Below are positions 19,884 through 27,576 of a stretch of DNA of 64,000 bases, piece after piece. Each line of letters begins with the position of its first letter. Position 1 is the stretch's first letter. Under the pieces are notes generated by a model. The model worked only from the letters and a program-made list of their open reading frames with translations, was not told the origin of the DNA and did no database searches. The DNA comes from Bryobacteraceae bacterium (GTDB lineage: Bacteria > Acidobacteriota > Terriglobia > Bryobacterales > Bryobacteraceae). The position numbers and the translations under genes were made by a program. Location of the stretch: NCBI GenBank assembly GCA_965226755.1, contig CBDDDT010000005.1, positions 148,306 through 212,305 on the forward strand, read 5' to 3'.

Positions 19884-20579
19884 ATGTCTTTGATTTCGCG
19901 ACGATCCATGCTGGCGCTGGGCGCGGCGGCGTTGGTTGCGCAGGAGCGGCGCAAGCTGAAGGTGGTGGTGACGGGCGGCCATCCGGGAGATCCGGAATAT
20001 GGTTGCGGGGGAACGGCGGCGCGGTATGCGGAGCGGGGCGACGACGTGGTGCTGCTGTATTTGAACCGGGGGGACACGTCCTGCGGGGCGACGAACCCGC
20101 GGGTGGACGAGGCGAACCGGGCGTGCAAGCTGTTGCAGGCGCGGCCGGTGTTCGCGGGCCAATGCGACGGACATGCCGTGGTGGATGAAGCGCACTCGCG
20201 GGAGTTCAGCAAGCTGGTGGATGCGGAACAGCCGGATGTGGTGTTCGCGCAATGGCCGGTGGATGCGCACGCGGATCATCGCGCGATCGCGTCGTTGGCG
20301 TACCAGGCGTGGCTGGGATCCGGGAGGCGGTACGGATTCTACTACTACGAAGTTTCCGATGGGGAAGACACGTCGCTGTTCGCGCCGACGGACTGGGTGG
20401 ACGTGAGCGGCGTGGAGGCGAAGAAGCGGGCGGCGTGTTACGCACATGCGTCGCAGTCTCCCGATAAGTACTATGCGATGCAGAGCGCGGTGATGCGGTT
20501 CCGCGGGGTGGAGAGCGGACATGCCGTGGCGGAGGCGTTCATCCGGCATCCGCGGAGTCCGAACGGGCTGCTGCCGTGA
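19884..20579 (+). CDS. PIG-L/LmbE family deacetylase with possible Tat signal
   Basis: GGHPGDPEYGCGG and HADH metal motifs; SRRSML at the N-terminus. Confidence 0.9.
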   Translation: MSLISRRSMLALGAAALVAQERRKLKVVVTGGHPGDPEYGCGGTAARYAERGDDVVLLYLNRGDTSCGATNPRVDEANRACKLLQARPVFAGQCDGHAVVDEAHSREFSKLVDAEQPDVVFAQWPVDAHADHRAIASLAYQAWLGSGRRYGFYYYEVSDGEDTSLFAPTDWVDVSGVEAKKRAACYAHASQSPDKYYAMQSAVMRFRGVESGHAVAEAFIRHPRSPNGLLP

Positions 20580-20585
20580 GCGGGC

Positions 20586-21923
20586 TCAGAGCTTCGTCGT
20601 CCTGGCGAGGGCCAGCGGCACGACGCGGGGCTGGAGACCGGCTTTGGCGAGAAGGGCGTAGACCAGAAAACCGGCGATGAAGCTATAGACGGCGGAGGGC
20701 TGCAGGTAAGGCTTGGTTTCGGGCGCGATGGGCAGGAAGGGCAGGATGCCGATGAAGAAGCCGACAGCCCAAGCGCCGTAGCCGGCGAAGTTGACGCCTT
20801 CGCGAGGGCCGGCCCACTTGTTTCCGGAGAGCCAATAATCGGCCGCCATGGCGCCGCAGATGGGTCCGAAGGACGCGCCGATGATGGTGAACAGGTTGAC
20901 CAGGTTGGCGGCGGCGCCGGTGACGGCGAGGATGGCGGCGATGACGGCGCCGACCATGGTGGAGGTGGAGCGCGGGACGCCGGGAATCATGGTGGCGAGA
21001 CTATTGCCGGCGATGAAGGACGAGAAGCACATGGGCACGATGGAGGCGACGGCGAAAAGGAGAAAGGCGATGGCGGCGAAGCTGCCGGTCTGAGCGATGG
21101 CGGAATCGAATCGAAAATCGGCCGCGCCGCCGAGGCCTTGGGCGCCGGCGATGGCGAGCAGCGGGAGTCCCCCGGCGATGAGGACGGCGAGCAGGACGCC
21201 GACGAGTCCGCCGCGTTCGACGTCTTGCTGATTGCGGCTGTTGATGCCGAAATCGGCCCCGGCCGCGCCGGCGGTGGCGAAGAAGCCGACCACGATCTGG
21301 ATGAGCATCACGAAGCCGATGTAGGGGCTGGGATGGGCGGGCGCGTAGTGGGGGATGCCGCGGGCGTTGGCGGCGAATACAACCAGGATCATGACGAGGG
21401 GGACGAAGTTGAGATAGAGCGCGAAACGGGCGACGTAGTGGATTCCTTTGGCGCCCACGTAGCCGAGCCCGAGCGACCAGAGCACGGCGATCACGGAGAA
21501 CAGGAGACTGCCGGGACCGGCTTTGGAGCCGAATGCGGTGAGAAGGAACGTGGTGGCGACGAAGGCGTTCACGGACATCCAGCCGATTTGCAGAACACCC
21601 ATGAGGATGCCCGGCATAAGGTATCCGCCCTGCGTGCCGAACGTGGAGCTGCCGAGGACGTAAAGAGGGAAGCCCGTGCGCATTCCCATAGTGGCGGGAA
21701 TGCGGTAGAAGAGGAGATAGCTGATGAGCCCGGCGACGAGGAGCGCGAGCAGGCAGAGCCCGACTCCGGCGCGATCGACCGTACCGGCGCCGATCTCGCG
21801 GTAGAAGACGATCCAAAGAAAAACCCCGGCGTAGGTGGGCGCGGTGTTCTTATACCAGGGCGCGCGGTTCGAGGCGGGGTTCGGTGAGGCTTTATCGAGA
21901 TAGGCTGGCAACGTGGTCGGCAA
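20586..21923 (-). CDS. NCS1 purine/cytosine permease
   Basis: 12-TM pattern, GMRTGFPLYVLGSSTFG, GWMSVNA, AGADFG; TTG start with AAAGGAG RBS and TATAAT upstream. Confidence 0.88.
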   Translation of the reverse strand: MPTTLPAYLDKASPNPASNRAPWYKNTAPTYAGVFLWIVFYREIGAGTVDRAGVGLCLLALLVAGLISYLLFYRIPATMGMRTGFPLYVLGSSTFGTQGGYLMPGILMGVLQIGWMSVNAFVATTFLLTAFGSKAGPGSLLFSVIAVLWSLGLGYVGAKGIHYVARFALYLNFVPLVMILVVFAANARGIPHYAPAHPSPYIGFVMLIQIVVGFFATAGAAGADFGINSRNQQDVERGGLVGVLLAVLIAGGLPLLAIAGAQGLGGAADFRFDSAIAQTGSFAAIAFLLFAVASIVPMCFSSFIAGNSLATMIPGVPRSTSTMVGAVIAAILAVTGAAANLVNLFTIIGASFGPICGAMAADYWLSGNKWAGPREGVNFAGYGAWAVGFFIGILPFLPIAPETKPYLQPSAVYSFIAGFLVYALLAKAGLQPRVVPLALARTTKL

Positions 21924-22308
21924 GCGGGACGGCTCCTTTGGCTTTGCGAGATGCTCATTATATACGCCGGTCGGTGTCTCCTATTACGGTCAGACAGGGA
22001 GAGACAATTCTTTTCGCACCGGAAGGGGTCGCGAGCCTGGTTTGAGCCGTTAGAATGAGAGGACCGTCACGCAATTCTCCAGAACAGCGGAGGATCGCGG
22101 GCGGAGCGACCCGGTGAGGGCGCGCGATCCGAACGCGTGGGTTCACCTGGTGACGGAGCGAGCGGCCGAGCGCATGGCCGACCGCGCGACTGCAACATTG
22201 CGTCGAGCGAGAACTGCCCGGCACTGCAATAGACCAGTCAGCCTGGAACCAACGACGGCGGTGTTCGACCGCCGGACGATCAAGCGAATTCATGAGGAGA
22301 GCGCGCGA

Positions 22309-22752
22309 ATGTGGCAAGAACGGAAGCAGGATGTTGCACGGACCGCGGTGAACGATCCCGCGGAGGGACTGGGAGTAGCGCGGATTGGCAAAGGGATGCT
22401 GATCAAGGGGCGCGTCGAGAGCCGGCAAGACCTTTATATAGACGGCGAAGTGCAGGGGACGCTGACGGTTCCGGATCACCGTCTGACGATCGGCCCGAAC
22501 GGAAGAGCGGGCGCGGGAGCGAAGGCGCGGGAGGTGGACGTCATGGGGGTGATTGACGGGGATATCGAATCTTCGGAGAAGGTGTCGGTGCGCAAGGGGG
22601 GAAGGCTGGTGGGGGACGTGCGGACGGCGGGGATTGTGATTGAAGACGGCGCGTATTTCAAAGGCAGTATCGATATAGTAAAGCGGCGTCCTACGCCCGC
22701 GCCGGATCCGCCACGGGCGGCGGTGTTGGAGCCAGCGACGCAAGAGGTGTAG
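22309..22752 (+). CDS. Bactofilin (polymer-forming cytoskeletal protein)
   Basis: IGKGMLIKGRVES, LYIDGEVQGTL, LTIGPNG, IVIEDGAYFKGSIDI beta-helix pattern; GAGGAG RBS supports ATG 22309. Confidence 0.93.
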   Translation: MWQERKQDVARTAVNDPAEGLGVARIGKGMLIKGRVESRQDLYIDGEVQGTLTVPDHRLTIGPNGRAGAGAKAREVDVMGVIDGDIESSEKVSVRKGGRLVGDVRTAGIVIEDGAYFKGSIDIVKRRPTPAPDPPRAAVLEPATQEV

Positions 22753-22753
22753 A

Positions 22754-24163
22754 TTGAACGAATTCTGGAGGCAGGCCGAAGGGCAGCGGCTGGACGGGAT
22801 GTACAACCTGGGCGCGAGCTTGGGGGGCGCCGAGGATAGCGCGGTATTCCCGACACAGTCGCAGGAAGGCCGGCCGGCAGCGGTGAAGATTTGGCGCGGG
22901 GAAGATGGGGACGCCGCGCTGGCGGGGGTGCGGGAGGCCGCGGGGCTGGCGCACCCTCATCTGATTCCCATCTGGGCGACGGGGCGATCGGAGCTGGGCG
23001 GCAAGCCGGTCGTGTATGCGGTGATGGAGCGGGCGGATGAAAATCTGGCGGGCGTCCTGGAAGCACGGGCGCTGAGCGAGGCGGAAATCCGGGAGATGCT
23101 GAGTCCGGCGCTGGAGGCGCTGGTATGGCTGCACGAGAAGGGCTTCGTGCATGGGGCGATGCGGCCGTCGAATGTCATGGCGGCGGGCGAGACTTTGAAG
23201 CTGTCGAGCGATCAGATCCAGCGCGCGGGGGCGACGACGGCGGCGTTCGGGGGAAGCGTCTATGACGCGCCGAGCGACGAACCGGGCGTGGCGGTCGCGA
23301 GCGCGGATGTATGGGCGCTGGGCGTGCTGCTGTTTTACGCGTCGACGCGGCAGTTTCCGGAGTGGGGCGAGAGCGCGAGCGGCGCGCCGATCAATTTAGA
23401 TGCAGTGCCGGCGGGGATTGCGGACATTGTGGAGCATTGCCTGCGATTCGAACCGAGCGGACGATGGACGGTCGGCGAGATTCGGAGCGCGCTGAATGGC
23501 GGGAAGAAGGCGGCCGCGGCGGATTCCCTGCCCGAGCCTGTAGCGGCGACGCCCGTGAAACCGGTTGAGCCGGTGAGAGTGGTTGAGCCGGTTCGGCCGG
23601 AGCCGGTGCGCGAAGCTCCAGCGCGCTTGGCGGCGCCGTTGCGGAGCAGATATCTGGACGAAGTGGAGAAGCCGGCGCGGGAGCGGCCGCAGTGGCTGAT
23701 TCCCGTGGCCGTGCTGTTGGCGCTGGCGGTGTTGATTGTGAGCTGGATGGCGGCGAAGACGGGCGGCGCGGGTCCTCGAACGGTGACGAAAGCGGGGGAA
23801 GCGCCGGTCGCGGGCGCGGCGGCGGTCACTACTCCGGCTCCGATTGCGACTCCGGCTCCGGCGCCAGCGGCCGCGGCGGTTTCGAAGCCGGCGGCGCGCG
23901 ATTCGCGGGGTGGTCACGGGAATACATGGTTCGTGGTGGTGGCGACGTATGTGGACCGGGGCGCGGCGAACCACCGCGCGGCGGAGATCAGCCGGCGTTT
24001 TCCGCGATTCCAGGCGCGCGTTTACGCGCCGCCGGTGACGAACCCGCATCACCTGGTGGTGATCGGCGAGAACCTGACCGAAGAGCAGGCCGACGCGCTA
24101 CGGACGCGCGCGCGAGCGGCGGGGCTGCCGCGCGACGTGTACATCAAGAAATTCCCGGGCTGA
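22754..24163 (+). CDS. Ser/Thr kinase-like (probable pseudokinase) domain, TM and C-terminal SPOR domain
   Basis: AAVK, HPHL, ADVWALGVLL kinase elements; HGAMRPSN replaces HRD; TM around residues 316-337; SPOR-like WFVVVATY...HLVVIG. Confidence 0.85.
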   Translation: MNEFWRQAEGQRLDGMYNLGASLGGAEDSAVFPTQSQEGRPAAVKIWRGEDGDAALAGVREAAGLAHPHLIPIWATGRSELGGKPVVYAVMERADENLAGVLEARALSEAEIREMLSPALEALVWLHEKGFVHGAMRPSNVMAAGETLKLSSDQIQRAGATTAAFGGSVYDAPSDEPGVAVASADVWALGVLLFYASTRQFPEWGESASGAPINLDAVPAGIADIVEHCLRFEPSGRWTVGEIRSALNGGKKAAAADSLPEPVAATPVKPVEPVRVVEPVRPEPVREAPARLAAPLRSRYLDEVEKPARERPQWLIPVAVLLALAVLIVSWMAAKTGGAGPRTVTKAGEAPVAGAAAVTTPAPIATPAPAPAAAAVSKPAARDSRGGHGNTWFVVVATYVDRGAANHRAAEISRRFPRFQARVYAPPVTNPHHLVVIGENLTEEQADALRTRARAAGLPRDVYIKKFPG

Positions 24164-24171
24164 GCGGCGCG

Positions 24172-25926
24172 CTAACGGGCGGCGGCGAGAGTTCCGGCCA
24201 GAAGGAAAACGAGCGGGGCGTTCCAATTGATGGCGACTTCATTGGTGGCGTAGGAGGCCTGCTCATCGAGGTACATGCGGGCGGGCGGCAGGTTATCGGG
24301 GAGAGCAGCCATGGCCGGATCGCTCTTGCGCCCGTTGGGACCGCCGGAAAGAAGTCCGGGCCAGGGTTCTTCGTTCAGATCGGCGCCGCTCGGGCGGTGG
24401 TGGGGATGGCGGAACGGGTTGTCTCCCAGGCGCGTGACCCAGGAGAGCGAGAAGGTGTTGCGTCCCAGAAGGTAGTGGAGGTTTTCGAGCGCGGTCTGGG
24501 GATAACGCGGGTCGGGTTGGATGGCGTTGGCGATTAGAAGCTGCAATCCGTAGTTGGCGGCGACGCCATTGGAGCCCCAAACGTAGTCTTGCGTGGTGAG
24601 GGTGATGCGGTAGGGATTGAGAGCGGCGCGCGCGACGATGGCGTTGGCGGCGTCGCGAGTGGCGGCGCGGATGGCGTCGGCGGCGCCCGCGTCATTCTTT
24701 GAGTTTGGCCTTGAGTTTGGGCCGCGGCCGAGGACATAAGTCCATAGGGCGAGAGCGGCGACGTTTCCCCACGAAGGCGGACTGGTCGCACTGATGGCAG
24801 TCAGCGATTCGCGGTAATGATCCAAAAAATACCGATTGTAGGGAGCTTCTTGCGCGGTGCGGGCGAGTTCGGCGGCGGCCCAGAGGCGCTCATCGTCACA
24901 GTGGGCATCGCCGTAACCGCCGGTGGCGACGCCGGGCGGATTTCGGAATAGCACGCCGGGATATTTGTCCAGCCAGGCCCACGCGCGGATGGCGGCTTCG
25001 CGGCACCGGCGGGCGAAGGCGACATCGAAGGCAGCATAATCGCGGGCGGCGATGGCCATCACGGCCGCGAAATCCGCGGTGGCGCAGGAACTCTTGAAAG
25101 GCGCGGCGCCGGTCCCGATCACGTAGCTGGTCAGCTTATCGGCTTCGGGCATGATGAAGGCGCAGAAGCGCTCGCTGGTTTGCTTGTGCCAGACGCCGCC
25201 ATCGTCATCCTGGAGAGACAGCATCCAGTTGAGATTCCAGCGGACTTCGTTGAGGATGTCGGGAACTCCATTGCCGGATTCGGGCAGGTGCAGGTTGACG
25301 GCGCCGACCGGCTTGCCGAACAGTTCCCAAGCCCAGAGCAGCGTGGCGGTGGAGATGCCGGAGTTGACCACGTAGCGGCCATAGTCGCCCGCGTCGTGCC
25401 AACCGCCGGAGGATTGCGCGGAGCCCGTCTTGCCGGAGGAGGCGTGATAAGCGGCGTCGAGGTGGCATGCGGGATGTTTATAGCCGGGAAATTCCGGGCC
25501 GAGATCGACCGCGATGCCGCACCGTTGGCCGTAAAATGCGCGTATTGCGAGATAGAATGCGCGCGAATAAACGGCGGGCGATATAGAAAATGTCCAACTC
25601 CGCCCCACATTTGGAACATCGAGATAATATTCGCCTGAGGCGGTCAGCGCCGTGAATTCGGCGGTCTGAACGCGGTCTCCGGTATCCGGATCGGAAACGG
25701 GGGCGGAGAGCATTCCATGATAGACTACGGCGCCAGCGGGAAGGCTGCGAATCAGGAACTCCGAGGCTGGCGCGGTCGCGGAGATGAACGCGAATTTCGG
25801 CGCGTTTGGAAAATATCCAACTTGGTCGACCTTGATTAGATGCGAGCCCGCAGCGTTCAAAGCAGCGCCCGCAGGTGTGAGAACGACGACAGAAATTATG
25901 AAAGGAAACAACGAGAGGTATTTCAA
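24172..25926 (-). CDS. Glycoside hydrolase family 9 with N-terminal Ig-like domain
   Basis: DQVGY, GGWHDAGDYGRY, HPHHRPS and YLDEQASYATNEVAINWNA GH9 motifs; signal peptide. Confidence 0.95.
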   Translation of the reverse strand: MKYLSLFPFIISVVVLTPAGAALNAAGSHLIKVDQVGYFPNAPKFAFISATAPASEFLIRSLPAGAVVYHGMLSAPVSDPDTGDRVQTAEFTALTASGEYYLDVPNVGRSWTFSISPAVYSRAFYLAIRAFYGQRCGIAVDLGPEFPGYKHPACHLDAAYHASSGKTGSAQSSGGWHDAGDYGRYVVNSGISTATLLWAWELFGKPVGAVNLHLPESGNGVPDILNEVRWNLNWMLSLQDDDGGVWHKQTSERFCAFIMPEADKLTSYVIGTGAAPFKSSCATADFAAVMAIAARDYAAFDVAFARRCREAAIRAWAWLDKYPGVLFRNPPGVATGGYGDAHCDDERLWAAAELARTAQEAPYNRYFLDHYRESLTAISATSPPSWGNVAALALWTYVLGRGPNSRPNSKNDAGAADAIRAATRDAANAIVARAALNPYRITLTTQDYVWGSNGVAANYGLQLLIANAIQPDPRYPQTALENLHYLLGRNTFSLSWVTRLGDNPFRHPHHRPSGADLNEEPWPGLLSGGPNGRKSDPAMAALPDNLPPARMYLDEQASYATNEVAINWNAPLVFLLAGTLAAAR

Positions 25927-26025
25927 AATACAAACAATTTACCAGCGCCCATGTAAGAAGTTAAATGCCAGTTAAATAACATTGGACGTCTGTAAGGAAT
26001 GTAAAACTTTCTTAGATACAATCCG

Positions 26026-26055
26026 TTGACGACAGAAACTCTTTTCGGGTATTCT
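26026..26055 (+). promoter_or_regulatory. Sigma-70-like promoter TTGACG-N18-TATTCT
   Basis: Near-consensus hexamers 30 nt upstream of ATG 26085 in an AT-rich intergenic region. Confidence 0.55.
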
Positions 26056-26084
26056 TGAAATCGCATTTACATTTTGGAGCGAAT

Positions 26085-26507
26085 ATGGGTGTAGTCGGAC
26101 TAAACCACGAGTACCACCTGCAGACGGAGCTCTCGTTCGCAGGTTTCGCCTCGATGAAGCGATTGCTCCGGGAAGGGGACCTGGCTCTGGTAGCGGGCGA
26201 CCGGAAACTATTGAGGAAGTTGCGCGTCGAGCGGCTGCGCATTTTCCGGCAGTTTGTGCGATGCCTGTCGCGGGAGATCAATCAAATTCAAGCGAAGCAG
26301 CGGGAGCAGGCGAACGCATTGGGCCGTTTCGACGCCAAGGGGTTCGCGCGCAAACGGATTTACGCGTTAGCGATGATTACGGGGTTGCGGATGGCGGGCT
26401 ATTCGTATGCGCTGCGATTGCCAGTGTCCGCGAACTTCGCTGATCAGATTCTTTTCTCGGTGGAATACATGTTCTTTAGTGCAAGCCCTTCGACGGCGAC
26501 CATTTGA
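26085..26507 (+). CDS. Hypothetical 140-aa basic alpha-helical protein
   Basis: GGAG RBS and promoter support ATG 26085. Arg-rich helices (RLRIFRQFVRCLSRE). Its 3' end overlaps the convergent 7-TM gene. Confidence 0.75.
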   Translation: MGVVGLNHEYHLQTELSFAGFASMKRLLREGDLALVAGDRKLLRKLRVERLRIFRQFVRCLSREINQIQAKQREQANALGRFDAKGFARKRIYALAMITGLRMAGYSYALRLPVSANFADQILFSVEYMFFSASPSTATI

Positions 26508-27264
26508 AGCTTCTGAGGAACTGATTGGAAGCGGCCTCCCACCGGTCGATCACCTCGACTTCGCGGGGCGTTGGCGGTCGTGCCGTTTCGAGAATTTCCC
26601 CGGATTTCCCGAGCAGCGCGGTCCAAAGGCAGAAGCAAGTGGCGGTGAGGAGTTGAAGGACTTTGCCGACTCGCGCGGCGTTCCCGCCAGCGCTCAAACG
26701 CATGGCGAACAGCGACATCCCTGAGATGAAGAAGTAGGCCGCTCCGACGCGTTCGATGACGAGGACGTTGCGGCGAGTGGGAACGCTGATCACGGCGAAG
26801 GAGACGGCCACCAGCACGAGAAAGATGGCGATCGCGGTGGTGGAGTAGCGGGCGGTGCTGACCGCGGCGGCGACAAGGCCCCAATCGGGCGCATTCAGTT
26901 CGAAGCGGAGCAAGAGCGCGGAACCGAACAGCGCGGTCGCCACCACGGCCAGCAGGAATTTAACCACGCTCCCTATCCCGCGGTAATGACTTAAATGAAT
27001 GGCGAAGATTTCCGCTCCGAGGCTGAACTGCGTGAAGACGGCAATCACGGAAATGAGAGCATACACGCGGTTATAGTCGTGCACGCCCTGCCGGCTTGTA
27101 AGGACGCCTAACAGCACCAGCGACGAGGCAAGGTCAAACATGACCCAAGCGGTGAAGGCCGGGTAGCGCCTGACCAGGCCGGCGGCGATGAGCCGGACGG
27201 TCAGACACGCCTCGGCCCCCATCGCCAGATACCAGCACCATCTAAACAGATGAATCTCGTCCAC
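26476..27264 (-). CDS. 7-TM hypothetical membrane protein, candidate peptide receptor
   Basis: Seven hydrophobic segments by eye plus a cytoplasmic-type tail of about 44 aa; no kinase, cyclase or HTH domain visible. Confidence 0.8.
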   Translation of the reverse strand: MDEIHLFRWCWYLAMGAEACLTVRLIAAGLVRRYPAFTAWVMFDLASSLVLLGVLTSRQGVHDYNRVYALISVIAVFTQFSLGAEIFAIHLSHYRGIGSVVKFLLAVVATALFGSALLLRFELNAPDWGLVAAAVSTARYSTTAIAIFLVLVAVSFAVISVPTRRNVLVIERVGAAYFFISGMSLFAMRLSAGGNAARVGKVLQLLTATCFCLWTALLGKSGEILETARPPTPREVEVIDRWEAASNQFLRSFKWSPSKGLH

Positions 27265-27329
27265 GGGCGTTTAGCTAAAAGTAAATCGAAAGACGACGCC
27301 GAATGCAACGGGGGATGGTGACGATCCGT

Positions 27330-27449
27330 TCATTTTGGCGGGCACAACGGCGGGCAGTAAGGAGGAGGCGGAATGACCTTGGCCTGTTGGGCAGAAGTCG
27401 CGGCGATGAGGCAGAGGAAGACAAGAGCGGCGGCGCGTGGGAACTTCAT
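27330..27449 (-). CDS. 39-aa secreted Pro/Cys-rich peptide precursor (sORF absent from the ORF track)
   Basis: Manual translation gives MKFPRAAALVFLCLIAATSAQQAKVIPPPPYCPPLCPPK-stop. AAAGGAG RBS 10 nt upstream; Sec-type n/h/c regions. Confidence 0.85.
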   Translation of the reverse strand: MKFPRAAALVFLCLIAATSAQQAKVIPPPPYCPPLCPPK

Positions 27450-27484
27450 CGTTTGAATTCTCCTTTAATCTCAGAAATTGTTGA

Positions 27485-27497
27485 TTGGAATTTCCAA
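27485..27497. promoter_or_regulatory. Inverted repeat TTGGAA-t-TTCCAA upstream of the peptide gene
   Basis: Perfect 6-bp arms about 35 nt upstream of the sORF ATG. Confidence 0.35.
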
Positions 27498-27576
27498 CTA
27501 TTGTCCTCATGAACAATTTGTCTTCCATTCGTAAGCTTCACATCTTCACCACGCAGAAAGCAAGAGAGCGGGTTGA

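Noticed and set aside
19884-21923. PIG-L deacetylase and NCS1 permease as one catabolic unit
   Set aside because: The genes are convergent with separate promoters, and nothing else supports a shared pathway.
22190-22250. Cobalamin riboswitch-like CTGCCCGGCACTG segment
   Set aside because: The conserved GGGAA and other B12-element parts are missing, and the downstream gene is unrelated to B12.
27271-27528. 85-aa ORF over the peptide locus
   Set aside because: No RBS or recognisable features. The 39-aa frame has a strong SD sequence and a coherent signal peptide.
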